Under the pieces are notes generated by a model. The model ran no database searches and was not told where the DNA came from. It was given only the letters and a program-made list of their open reading frames with translations. The position numbers and the translations under genes are program-made. From the sequence record SRR22947727_787: a DNA stretch of 41,614 bases. One strand, 5' to 3'. Position 1 is the first letter of the stretch. Each line of letters opens with the position of its first letter. Shown piece after piece: positions 9,476 to 18,857 of the stretch.

Positions 9476-9504
9476 AATCTTTAATCTATTTATTTTTCAG
9501 GGGG

Positions 9505-9512
9505 CAAAAATA
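9505..9512 (-). promoter_or_regulatory. TAnnTTTG -7 promoter element of ppa
   Basis: Minus strand TATTTTTG, 29 nt upstream of the ATG. Confidence 0.6.
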
Positions 9513-9731
9513 CGTCCAATCCTTGGTTTATACTAACTACTTTGCTGTTTTTTTTGTCTTCAAATTCCTAGAGGCCAACTGCTGTTCTAAAGCAGCTTAT
9601 AATGAAATTTTCATCGCCTATGTAATAGCGCTATTAGAAGAATGCAGGATCCATTTAAATTAATCCACGCCATAAAGGTGATAGATTATTTTTGTGCAAT
9701 GAAGACCTCTTTGTAACCTCCAATAAAATTC

Positions 9732-12227
9732 TTAAAACCCAAAACCAAAACTTCCGGTTATGCTAAAAGGCCTGGCTCCTGGTACATCAAGGTAATTACC
9801 CCTAAAGTTAGCATCTATCCTAAACACCTTAAATATATTGCCAATACCCAAACTGTACTCCCAATAAGCGTTTTTATCTGGGGCATTTAAAGTAAAGTTA
9901 CTGGGGGCATTTAACGCGATGTTTTCTGCAGAAAGAGTTCCCCACACCCCCCTAACACCTATAATTTCCCTCAGGTTTAAAGCCCTTAAAAAAGGAATTC
10001 TAGAAAAAAGACGTCCATTAAAATTGTGCTCTAAATGGCCAGACACATAGGTGTCAGTCACAAATTCATAAAAGTCTAAATTGGGAAAAGTGTTGTAAAT
10101 AGTAAATAAGGTTTGGTTTCCTGGTACCACATGTAATAGCGCCAAAGGAAGTGGATCAAAAGTCCTTCCCGCTTCTACACTGGTGCTTAAGGTTCCTATA
10201 CCCCCTAGCTGCCAAGGTCTGGTGTAAGACAATTGTAGCCTGTTGAAATTAAAGTCCGAATCAAATAGATTTTTCTGACCGTGCACATACTGCAACATTA
10301 GTCTGGGATAATCTTCATTCACCGGTTTTGGATCTACCCCATAACCAATCACTTTTCTTCCTGGAGTATAAAGCATTCTAGCCGTGAAATCGAGTTGATT
10401 TAAACTGTTTTTACGCCCTAGTATGGTGGGTTCATAAACGAAATCTAGCGAAAATAATTCCGGCAAAGCCGCTTGAACCATCCTGTAAGAAGCACCCAGT
10501 GAAATAGTTAGGTTTTTAACTGGCTCAGCACTAATTGTAAGTGCTGTGAGGTTAATCTGAGACAATTTATCATTGTTCCCTACAGTAAATACAGAAGAAG
10601 AGGCAATACTACGCCCCATTAAGTCATTGGTAGCCGTAAGACTGAGTCCCAATTGCTCTATATCCCTTCTGTGCCCACCTGAAATTAACAGGCGGATTTT
10701 GGGATCTAAAACGGCATGAGCAAAAAAACCATGTTTGAATTTTTTATCGGAAAAACCATACGCCAAATACCCTTCTAATCGCCAAAGGTCGTTTTGGCCC
10801 CTAAAAGTTCTTGCGCCTGCCCTAAGTCTATTTCCCTCTGCCTGGTTGTAACCAAAAACACTGTACATATCTCCAATGTCCATATTTAACTTGTCCAATT
10901 CAATATATCCAGACTCTAAAATAGAAACCAAACTATAGTAGGTCTTGAATTTTGACACTGTTTTAAGGGTATCTATTAATGTGTAAATGCCTGCCTCGTC
11001 CTTGTTGAGCGATTCTAGTCTATTGGCTGCCCAAAAACTCGGATCACGTTCAAATAAGTCAGGTCTTAAGACATTGTAATCTTCTGCATAAAAGCGCCTT
11101 GCCTTTGGAATATCAAACACAAAACCATCGTAAACGGTAGTGCGTTTGCCGTAGACGCCCTTAGACTTTTCTTTATTGCTATAGCTAAAATCTGACAGCA
11201 CAGACTCCCGCTTTAATAAAAAGACTGAATCACTCAACACCTCAAAATCTTGCTCCACATACAGCTCTTTAACCCAATTCAAATTAGCGCTTTTGGTCAT
11301 GGCCATATTTATTTTAGCTATGGCAAAAGTGCTGTCATTAACCCAGAAATCTCCTTTAAAAGTCAATTCACTCTTTCTTCTGGGGTAGTAGATAATGTTG
11401 TAGCACCATTTATCTCCAATAAAAGTAGAGTCTGACAACACATAATTATAAGTGTCAATACCGGTCCTGGAAAGGGGTGACGTAAATGACTTTCCAAAAA
11501 AGTTTAGGTAATTGTCGTAAATATCATAGGTTGCATACAGGTCTTTTAGGTAGGCCATAATGGCCTGATTCCCGTTGAAACCAGAATTTTTAACTCCCCT
11601 AACGACTTCTTTTTCTTCCTTAATTTCGTTGTCTCCGTATACCTTAGAAACTGTTTCATTTAAAAAAATAGGCAAATAGGTTTTTCCAGTAATGCCAGAG
11701 GTATCTAAATCTTTAAATACAAATTCCAAGCCTTTAAACAGCTTGCTTTGCATTAGTGCAGAATCTATGGTATTGAGGTCAAATTCTATTTTCTCATACT
11801 TATCATAGGCGTATTGCTTGTATTTACCCAGTCCATTGCTGCGTTTTTTGGCCCAAATTTTTCGTAAAATATCAATTGCGGGATTGTTCTTTTTTGACTG
11901 CTTTCCTGAAACTAGTGTCACAGACTGTAGTTGTTCCGCAGCGGCCTCCAGAACAATTTCTAGCCCGTAATTACTTCCTTTATCCAAAACCAAAAGGAGG
12001 GTTTTAAATCCAATAAATGAAACGGAAAGTTGGGTGTAGGTCTGGTCAGACGCTACATAAAAGGAACCGTCGTCATTGGTAATGGTTCCAATGGTGCTCC
12101 CCGGAAAAAGTACATTGGCAAATGCGATAGGAAAGCCGTCTGTATCTTTTACGTTTCCGCTGACCTTAGTTTGGGCTTGTAGGACCATGCCTGTAAGCCA
12201 CAAAAGAAATAGAATATATTTTTTCAT
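9732..12227 (-). CDS. Outer-membrane protein with carboxypeptidase-regulatory-like N-domain and DUF5686-type beta-barrel
   Basis: Signal peptide from MKKYILF (ATG 12227 preferred); VSGNVKD...GTITNDDGSF...VSFIGF; NPAIDILRKIW, YDKYEKIEFD; C-terminal YWEYSLGIGNIFKVFRID...FGFGF with terminal Phe. Confidence 0.82.
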   Translation of the reverse strand: MKKYILFLLWLTGMVLQAQTKVSGNVKDTDGFPIAFANVLFPGSTIGTITNDDGSFYVASDQTYTQLSVSFIGFKTLLLVLDKGSNYGLEIVLEAAAEQLQSVTLVSGKQSKKNNPAIDILRKIWAKKRSNGLGKYKQYAYDKYEKIEFDLNTIDSALMQSKLFKGLEFVFKDLDTSGITGKTYLPIFLNETVSKVYGDNEIKEEKEVVRGVKNSGFNGNQAIMAYLKDLYATYDIYDNYLNFFGKSFTSPLSRTGIDTYNYVLSDSTFIGDKWCYNIIYYPRRKSELTFKGDFWVNDSTFAIAKINMAMTKSANLNWVKELYVEQDFEVLSDSVFLLKRESVLSDFSYSNKEKSKGVYGKRTTVYDGFVFDIPKARRFYAEDYNVLRPDLFERDPSFWAANRLESLNKDEAGIYTLIDTLKTVSKFKTYYSLVSILESGYIELDKLNMDIGDMYSVFGYNQAEGNRLRAGARTFRGQNDLWRLEGYLAYGFSDKKFKHGFFAHAVLDPKIRLLISGGHRRDIEQLGLSLTATNDLMGRSIASSSVFTVGNNDKLSQINLTALTISAEPVKNLTISLGASYRMVQAALPELFSLDFVYEPTILGRKNSLNQLDFTARMLYTPGRKVIGYGVDPKPVNEDYPRLMLQYVHGQKNLFDSDFNFNRLQLSYTRPWQLGGIGTLSTSVEAGRTFDPLPLALLHVVPGNQTLFTIYNTFPNLDFYEFVTDTYVSGHLEHNFNGRLFSRIPFLRALNLREIIGVRGVWGTLSAENIALNAPSNFTLNAPDKNAYWEYSLGIGNIFKVFRIDANFRGNYLDVPGARPFSITGSFGFGF

Positions 12228-12290
12228 AGTAGGTTTGAATGGGTTCATAAAGACCAAACAATAAGTGGACAGACTGGGGAATCGAAGGCT

Positions 12291-12316
12291 AAAAAAGCCC
12301 TCCGTGAGGAGGGCTT
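12291..12316 (-). terminator. Intrinsic terminator of pdhB
   Basis: Minus strand AAGCCCTCC-TCAC-GGAGGGC-TTTTTT, 15 nt after the stop. Confidence 0.88.
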
Positions 12317-12331
12317 GTAATTTATTATATC

Positions 12332-13315
12332 TTATGCTTTGGTATACATGACACGGTTTACCGCGTCTATCACATCTTGTGCACTAGGCAACCATTCTTC
12401 CAACAAGACGGGAGAATATGGTGCTGGCGTGTCTGCTGTGTTAATCTTCTGTACTGGAGCATCTAAGTAATCAAAGGCTTTGTCTTGAACCTGGAAGGCA
12501 ATTTCAGAAGCAATACTTCCAAAAGGCCAAGCTTCTTCAAGAATAACCAATCTGTTGGTTTTTTTAACAGAGCTAATAATGGTGTCCATGTCTAAAGGAC
12601 GAATGGTCCTTAAATCTATAATCTCTAAAGATATCCCTTGCCCAGACAGCGTGTCTGCAGCTTTTAGAGCCTCTTTTAAAATTTTACCAAATGAAACTAC
12701 CGTGACATCTGATCCATTTCTAATCACATCTGCTACACCTAATGGGATGGTGTATTCTCCCTCAGGAACTTCTCCTTTATCTCCATACATTTGCTCAGAT
12801 TCCATGAAAATAACAGGATCTGGATCTTGGATGGCTGCTTTTAATAAACCTTTAGCGTCTTTTGGATTAGAAGGCACCACTACTTTTAAACCAGGGGTGT
12901 TAGCAAACCAATTTTCAAAGGCTTGTGAGTGGGTTGCACCCAATTGACCCGCTGAGCCAGTAGGTCCTCTAAAGACTATAGGACAGTTAAACTGACCTCC
13001 AGACATTTGTCTGATCTTAGCCGCATTGTTAATAATTTGGTCAATCCCTACTAAGGCAAAGTTAAAAGTCATGAATTCTATGATAGGTTTGTTCCCATTC
13101 ATAGCAGACCCTATACCAATTCCAGCAAATCCTAGTTCAGAAATAGGCGTATCTATCACCCTCTCTGGACCAAATTCATCTAGCATTCCTTTTGAAGCTT
13201 TGTAAGCACCATTGTATTCCGCTACTTCTTCTCCCATTAAATAAATAGAAGGGTCTTTTCTCATTTCTTCTGACATAGCTTCTGCTATGGCTTCTCTAAA
13301 CTGTAATGTTTTCAT
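12332..13315 (-). CDS. pdhB: Pyruvate dehydrogenase E1 beta subunit
   Basis: REAIAEAMSEEM, GEEVAEYNGAYK, DTPISELGFAG, QIINNAAK, THSQ, IDLRTIRPLD. Confidence 0.95.
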   Translation of the reverse strand: MKTLQFREAIAEAMSEEMRKDPSIYLMGEEVAEYNGAYKASKGMLDEFGPERVIDTPISELGFAGIGIGSAMNGNKPIIEFMTFNFALVGIDQIINNAAKIRQMSGGQFNCPIVFRGPTGSAGQLGATHSQAFENWFANTPGLKVVVPSNPKDAKGLLKAAIQDPDPVIFMESEQMYGDKGEVPEGEYTIPLGVADVIRNGSDVTVVSFGKILKEALKAADTLSGQGISLEIIDLRTIRPLDMDTIISSVKKTNRLVILEEAWPFGSIASEIAFQVQDKAFDYLDAPVQKINTADTPAPYSPVLLEEWLPSAQDVIDAVNRVMYTKA

Positions 13316-13336
13316 AGGTATGTCTTAAAACGCACG

Positions 13337-13344
13337 CAAAAATA
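13337..13344 (-). promoter_or_regulatory. TAnnTTTG -7 promoter element of pdhB
   Basis: Minus strand TATTTTTG, 21 nt upstream of the ATG. Confidence 0.6.
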
Positions 13345-13393
13345 AGCAATAAATATCTTATTTGGGAATTCATAAAGATTAAAAAAACAATAA

Positions 13394-13419
13394 AATTTAC
13401 TATGCATGCATAGTAAATT
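13394..13419. promoter_or_regulatory. Perfect 26-bp palindrome, probable transcription-factor operator upstream of etfBA
   Basis: AATTTACTATGCA|TGCATAGTAAATT with no spacer, in the divergent pdhB/etfB intergenic region, 12 bp upstream of a TATCTTAG -7-like element (13432-13439). Confidence 0.7.
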
Positions 13420-13467
13420 ATAAATTATTCTTATCTTAGTGGTTCAGAATTTAAAGCATAATTTGAG

Positions 13468-14214
13468 ATGAAGATACTCGTTTGTATAAGTAATGTCCCA
13501 GACACTACTTCTAAAATCAATTTTAAAGATAACAACACCGCTTTTGATACAGCTGGTGTTCAATTTGTTATTAATCCAAATGATGAATTTGGACTCACCA
13601 GAGCCATGTGGTTTAAAGAAAAGCAAGGCGCTAGTGTAGCAGTAGTTAACGTGGGTGATGCCTCTGTAGAACCTACCCTAAGGAAAGCACTTGCCATTGG
13701 TGCAGATGAAGCTTATAGAATAGATGCTCCTGCGACAGATGGATTTTTTGTTGCCCAAGAATTGGCTGCACTAGTAAAAGAAATAGGTTTTGACTTGGTG
13801 ATTGCTGGAAGAGAATCTATAGATTACAATGGCGGAATGGTACCAGGGTTTTTAGCGAGCGCATTGGATTACCAATACGTAACCAATTGTATCTCTTTAG
13901 AGATAGATGGAAATAACGCTACAGCTATAAGAGAGATAGATGGTGGTAAAGAAACATTGGGCACCCAACTTCCACTGGTTATTGGAGGGCAAAAGGGATT
14001 GGTAGAAGAAAGCGATCTACGCATTCCAAATATGAGGGGAATTATGATGGCCAGACAAAAGCCGCTTCACGTTAGACCTGCAACTACTTCTGAGTCGCAT
14101 ACCAAAGAGATATCTTTTAGTAAACCAGAGGCCAAAGGCGCTGTAACAATGATTGATCCAACCAATATAGACCAGCTCATTTCTTTATTACACAACGAAG
14201 CCAAGGTTTTATAA
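13468..14214 (+). CDS. etfB: Electron transfer flavoprotein beta subunit
   Basis: MKILVCISNVPDT, INPNDEF, RKALAIGAD, AGRESID, LRIPNMRGIMMA. Confidence 0.96.
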   Translation: MKILVCISNVPDTTSKINFKDNNTAFDTAGVQFVINPNDEFGLTRAMWFKEKQGASVAVVNVGDASVEPTLRKALAIGADEAYRIDAPATDGFFVAQELAALVKEIGFDLVIAGRESIDYNGGMVPGFLASALDYQYVTNCISLEIDGNNATAIREIDGGKETLGTQLPLVIGGQKGLVEESDLRIPNMRGIMMARQKPLHVRPATTSESHTKEISFSKPEAKGAVTMIDPTNIDQLISLLHNEAKVL

Positions 14215-14236
14215 CCTAGCCATAAAACACATTATT

Positions 14237-15205
14237 ATGTCCGTACTCATATATACCGAAACAGAAAAAGGGGTTTTTAAGAAAAATGCATTTGAAGTGG
14301 CTTCTTATGGCGCTGCATTAGCAGAGCAATTGGGCACTGATTGTGTCGCTGTTGCTATAAATCCATCAGATGCGAGCCAACTACAGTCTTATGGAGTGGC
14401 TAAAATATTAGCCATTAAAGAAGCCAAATTAGATACTTTTAATGCCAAGGCATACGCAACAGCTATAGCCCAAGCAGCCAAAGAGGCTAACGCACAAGTA
14501 GTACTTGTGAGTAGCTCTGCAGACAGTAAGTTCTTAAGCCCTCTTTTAGCGGCTCAATTGGGTGCAAGTTTTGCCCCCAATGTAGTGGCTCTTCCAGAGA
14601 GCACTGCCCCTTTTGTTGTGAAGAGAACTGCTTTTAGCAACAAAGGCTTTGCCCACACAGAACTCACTGGATCCATTAAAATGATTGGCGTAGCCAACAA
14701 CTCTTATGGCATTCATGAAAAAGAAACCAGCGCTAGTGTCACAGCTTTTTCACCCAATTTAGAAGATCGTTTATTTGCCACTAAAACAACCTCAGTAGAT
14801 AAAGTAAGCGGAAAAGCAACCATTGCAGACGCAGATGTGGTTGTATCTGGAGGAAGGGGACTTAAAGGACCAGAAAATTGGGGTTTAATTGAAGATTTAG
14901 CCAATGTCTTAGGAGCAGCTACTGCTTGTTCAAAACCAGTATCAGACCTTGGATGGAGGCCTCATGGAGAACACGTAGGACAGACAGGAAAGCCTGTAGC
15001 CACTAACCTATACATTGCCATTGGAATCTCTGGAGCCATACAACATTTAGCAGGGGTGAGTGCCTCAAAAGTAAAAGTGGTGATTAATACAGATCCAGAA
15101 GCACCATTCTTTAAAGCGGCAGACTACGGAATAGTAGGAGACGCCTTTACGGTTGTCCCTGAACTAATTGAAAAATTAAAAGCTTTTAAAGCACAGAACG
15201 CTTAA
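14237..15205 (+). CDS. etfA: Electron transfer flavoprotein alpha subunit
   Basis: [51 protein letters not shown]. Confidence 0.97.
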   Translation: MSVLIYTETEKGVFKKNAFEVASYGAALAEQLGTDCVAVAINPSDASQLQSYGVAKILAIKEAKLDTFNAKAYATAIAQAAKEANAQVVLVSSSADSKFLSPLLAAQLGASFAPNVVALPESTAPFVVKRTAFSNKGFAHTELTGSIKMIGVANNSYGIHEKETSASVTAFSPNLEDRLFATKTTSVDKVSGKATIADADVVVSGGRGLKGPENWGLIEDLANVLGAATACSKPVSDLGWRPHGEHVGQTGKPVATNLYIAIGISGAIQHLAGVSASKVKVVINTDPEAPFFKAADYGIVGDAFTVVPELIEKLKAFKAQNA

Positions 15206-15246
15206 AATTTATTAAATTGCGCCCCTTAAACTGGGCCACACCATAC

Positions 15247-15279
15247 AAGGCTGATTATTTTATTAATTGGCCTTTTTTT
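15247..15279 (+). terminator. Terminator-like stem-loop after etfA
   Basis: AAGGCUGAUUA-UUUUAU-UAAUUGGCCUU followed by further U residues (11 bp including two G-U pairs). Confidence 0.6.
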
Positions 15280-15293
15280 ATGACCTTTAAACT

Positions 15294-15887
15294 ATGACCT
15301 TAATTCCATTAAAAATAAAAGGGATCTCGTATAGTCAAACCCAAAATGGGGCCTATGCACTAATCCTCAATGAAATGGAGGGAGACCGAAAACTCCCCAT
15401 AGTTATTGGTGCCTTTGAGGCTCAATCCATTGCCATAGCCCTTGAAAAGGAAATTAGTCCTCCTAGGCCCTTGACCCACGATTTATTTAAAAATTTTGCG
15501 CAGCACTTTCATATTGGCTTAAAAAAAGTAATCATTCACAAACTTATAGACGGCGTATTTTACGCCAATATTGTTTGTGAACAAGAAGGTGTTGAAGCTG
15601 TTTTTGACGCCAGAACTAGTGATGCCATAGCATTGGCCTTACGCTTTAACGCCCCTATTTTTACTTATGAAAGCATATTGAGTAAAGCGGGAATAAACCT
15701 ATCCGTAAAAGAAATACCGACTGATCTTGGAGAAATACCTACAGACGCTATGAATGAAATAGCTCCAGAAAATAATTTAAAAAAGTTAGACCTAAACGGA
15801 CTAGAAGCAGCTTTAGACAAAGCAGTTAAAGCAGAAGATTACGAAAAAGCTGCTAGAATCAGAGATGAAATATCCAAAAGAAATTAA
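15294..15887 (+). CDS. Bifunctional nuclease family (DUF151 / DNase-RNase) protein with C-terminal UVR domain
   Basis: LPIVIGAFEAQSIA, RPLTHDLF, DARTSDAIALALR; C-terminal AVKAEDYEKAARIRDEI (UvrB/C motif). Confidence 0.92.
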   Translation: MTLIPLKIKGISYSQTQNGAYALILNEMEGDRKLPIVIGAFEAQSIAIALEKEISPPRPLTHDLFKNFAQHFHIGLKKVIIHKLIDGVFYANIVCEQEGVEAVFDARTSDAIALALRFNAPIFTYESILSKAGINLSVKEIPTDLGEIPTDAMNEIAPENNLKKLDLNGLEAALDKAVKAEDYEKAARIRDEISKRN

Positions 15888-15888
15888 G

Positions 15889-17364
15889 ATGTCAAAATAC
15901 TTGAAGTTTTCTATTTTAACTGCTGTTCTTGTTCTATTCATTGGTCTTGGCAGCGCCACTTTAGAAGCAGCACCCGCTGCACTGTCTGTTGTTGTAACCA
16001 GCCTAAACACTATTGACATTCAAACCCAATCGGGCCCTGAAACCATTATTCCAAATGCCTCTTTTTCTATGAAAAGTTTGGGGAGGGGTTTGCTGGGAAT
16101 GCTCTTTTTAATTGGAATTTCCTTTGTGTTTTCCTCTAACAAACGCGCTATTAATTGGAAGATGGTCGGTATTGGTCTCAGTATCCAAATAATCTTGGCT
16201 ATTGGAATATTAAAAATACCTCTGATACAAAAAGGGTTTAGCTTCGTAGGACAAATTTTTGTCAATATCCTAGATTACACCCTAGTGGGAAGTAAGTTTT
16301 TACTAGGCAACTTATTGGACCTCAACAACCCCTCTATTGGCTATATCTTTGCGTTCCAAATACTCCCTACCATTATATTTTTCTCTGCTTTAACCTCAGT
16401 GCTTTTTTACCTTGGTGTAATACAGAAAGTAGTCAAAGGCCTTGCATGGCTGCTCACTAAGTCTTTAGGGATTTCTGGAGCGGAAAGCCTGTCTGTTGCC
16501 GGGAATATTTTCCTAGGACAAACAGAAGCCCCTTTGCTCATTAAGGCTTATTTAGAAAAGATGAGCAAGTCTGAAATTCTATTGGTAATGATAGGCGGAA
16601 TGGCTACGGTGGCAGGAGGCGTACTGGCTGCTTATATTGGTTTTTTAGGTGGAGACGACCCTGTGTTAAGGTTAGAATTTGCCCGTCACTTATTGGCAGC
16701 ATCAGTCATGGCAGCACCCGGAGCCATTATTATTTCTAAAATATTATACCCACAGACAGAAAAAATTAGTACTGACGTACATGTCTCTACTGAGAAAATT
16801 GGATCTAACTTTTTAGACGCCATATCTAATGGAACTTCCGAAGGATTAAAGCTTGCAGTAAATGTAGGCGCCATGTTATTGGTGTTTGTAGCTTTTATAG
16901 CCCTTTTCAATGGAATTTTTAACTGGGTTGGAGACGTCACCTCACTCAATGAATGGATAGCCGCAAACAGCAGCTACTCTAGTCTTTCTCTTGAGGCTAT
17001 CCTTGGAACCGTATTTGGGCCACTCATGTGGGTCATTGGCGTTGCGGCAGAAGACATGTTTCTTATGGGACAATTATTAGGTATTAAATTAGCCTCTAGC
17101 GAATTTGTAGGCTACACACAGTTGGCTACACTCAAGGAAGTGAGTAGTGCCACTCATTTTAGTTATAGTAAATCAGTTATAATGGCCACTTATATGCTAT
17201 GTGGCTTTGCCAATTTTGCCTCAATAGGTATTCAGATTGGTGGGATTGGATCACTTGCCCCAGGACAGAGAAAAACCTTATCTGCCTTTGGCTTGAAGGC
17301 TGTTTTAGGCGGTTCATTGGCCTCTTTACTTTCTGCTACAATAGCTGGAATGATTTTAGGGTAA
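15889..17364 (+). CDS. nupC: Concentrative Na+/H+:nucleoside transporter (NupC/CNT family)
   Basis: FAFQILPTIIFFSAL, GAESLSVAGNIFLGQTEAPL, MATVAGG, LCGFANFASIGIQIGG. Start chosen at ATG 15889, 1 nt after the upstream stop. Confidence 0.93.
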   Translation: MSKYLKFSILTAVLVLFIGLGSATLEAAPAALSVVVTSLNTIDIQTQSGPETIIPNASFSMKSLGRGLLGMLFLIGISFVFSSNKRAINWKMVGIGLSIQIILAIGILKIPLIQKGFSFVGQIFVNILDYTLVGSKFLLGNLLDLNNPSIGYIFAFQILPTIIFFSALTSVLFYLGVIQKVVKGLAWLLTKSLGISGAESLSVAGNIFLGQTEAPLLIKAYLEKMSKSEILLVMIGGMATVAGGVLAAYIGFLGGDDPVLRLEFARHLLAASVMAAPGAIIISKILYPQTEKISTDVHVSTEKIGSNFLDAISNGTSEGLKLAVNVGAMLLVFVAFIALFNGIFNWVGDVTSLNEWIAANSSYSSLSLEAILGTVFGPLMWVIGVAAEDMFLMGQLLGIKLASSEFVGYTQLATLKEVSSATHFSYSKSVIMATYMLCGFANFASIGIQIGGIGSLAPGQRKTLSAFGLKAVLGGSLASLLSATIAGMILG

Positions 17365-17525
17365 GCCCATTTTCTTATAGCAAAGCTAGCCCAACTACCT
17401 AAGCAATCTCTTTGAGTAAACTCAATTTAACAAAGGGTTTTCGTTAATAAGTTTTTAATAATCTGCGCTTAAACCTTGGCATTTTCTGCTTACAGCTTAT
17501 ACCTTTATAGAAGAAAAAATAACCC

Positions 17526-18350
17526 ATGAAGCAATACCACGATTTATTGAATCACGTCTTAAAAAACGGTGTTCAAAAAGGAGACAGAACAGGTACAGGA
17601 ACCCTCAGTGTTTTTGGATACCAGATGAGGTTTAACCTCAGTGAAGGTTTTCCTATGGTAACCACTAAAAAACTTCACCTTAAATCAATAGTATATGAAC
17701 TTCTATGGTTCTTAAAAGGAGACACCAATATTGGCTATCTGCAGGAGAATGGAGTGCGTATTTGGAATGAATGGGCAGACAGCAATGGCGACCTAGGTCC
17801 AGTTTATGGCAAGCAGTGGCGCAACTGGAATGGAGAAGAAATTGATCAGATCAAAGAAGTCATTCAAAGCATAAAAGAAAATCCAAATAGCAGAAGAATG
17901 ATTGTTTCTGCCTGGAACCCAAGTGTCCTTCCAGATCCTAAAACTTCCTTTGAAGAGAATGTAGCCAAGGGAAAAGCGGCACTCCCGCCTTGCCATGCAT
18001 TTTTTCAATTCTATGTGGCAGAAGGGAAACTATCCTGCCAACTCTACCAACGATCTGCCGACATTTTTTTAGGCGTCCCCTTTAACATTGCCTCCTATGC
18101 CCTACTCACCATGATGATGGCACAGGTTTGTGGGCTTGAAGCAGGAGATTTTATTCATACTTTCGGTGACGCCCATATTTACAACAACCACATGGAGCAA
18201 ATTGAACTTCAACTCAGCAGAACACCCAAAGACCTGCCAAAAATGACTTTAAATCCTGAAATTAAAGATATTTTTGATTTTGACTTTGAAGATTTCACCC
18301 TAGAAAATTACGATCCACACCCCCACATTAAAGGCGCAGTAGCCATTTAA
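17526..18350 (+). CDS. thyA: Thymidylate synthase
   Basis: [53 protein letters not shown]. Confidence 0.99.
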   Translation: MKQYHDLLNHVLKNGVQKGDRTGTGTLSVFGYQMRFNLSEGFPMVTTKKLHLKSIVYELLWFLKGDTNIGYLQENGVRIWNEWADSNGDLGPVYGKQWRNWNGEEIDQIKEVIQSIKENPNSRRMIVSAWNPSVLPDPKTSFEENVAKGKAALPPCHAFFQFYVAEGKLSCQLYQRSADIFLGVPFNIASYALLTMMMAQVCGLEAGDFIHTFGDAHIYNNHMEQIELQLSRTPKDLPKMTLNPEIKDIFDFDFEDFTLENYDPHPHIKGAVAI

Positions 18351-18353
18351 GCT

Positions 18354-18851
18354 ATGAGAGAAATTTGTATGATTGCTGCAGCTGCAGAGAACAATGCCAT
18401 TGGAAAAGACAATGACTTGCTGTGGCACCTTCCTTTGGACTTTAAGCACTTTAAAACCCTCACCAGTGGCCATACCATTATCATGGGACGTAAGACCTTT
18501 GAGAGTTTTCCAAAACCACTGCCCAATAGGAAACATTTGGTCATTACAAGAAATAAAGACTACCAGATTGACCATCCAGACTGTGCCGTTCACTTCTCAC
18601 TAGAAGCCGCTTTAGAGGCCTGTAAAACAGAAGTAAAGGTATTTATCATTGGGGGTGGGGAAATATACAAAATAGGATATCCTTTAGCCACCACCATTGA
18701 ACTCACTCGGGTACATGTGAGCCTCCCGGCCCACGTCTTTTTCCCTGAAATTTTAACCAAAGATTTCGAGTGCATTCAAAAAACTCCTATGCCTGCAGAT
18801 GAAAAACATACCTATGCATATACTTTTGAACGATACGAAAGACTTGCCTAA
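18354..18851 (+). CDS. folA: Dihydrofolate reductase
   Basis: IGKDNDLLWHLPLDFKHFK, IMGRKTFES, PLPNR, IIGGGEIY; directly after thyA. Confidence 0.97.
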   Translation: MREICMIAAAAENNAIGKDNDLLWHLPLDFKHFKTLTSGHTIIMGRKTFESFPKPLPNRKHLVITRNKDYQIDHPDCAVHFSLEAALEACKTEVKVFIIGGGEIYKIGYPLATTIELTRVHVSLPAHVFFPEILTKDFECIQKTPMPADEKHTYAYTFERYERLA

Positions 18852-18857
18852 CTGGGT

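Noticed and set aside
9513..9731. Relatively long intergenic stretch with a plus-strand TATTTTTG (9687-9694) followed by a micro-ORF MKTSL, pointing antisense into the DUF5686-type gene
   Set aside because: An 8-mer with two free positions is expected by chance in AT-rich DNA. I found no convincing stable structure or terminator for an sRNA. It may be a relic, but I cannot support that.
12332..13315. pdhB without adjacent pdhA/pdhC
   Set aside because: A split PDH gene arrangement is usual in flavobacteria and is not evidence of loss.
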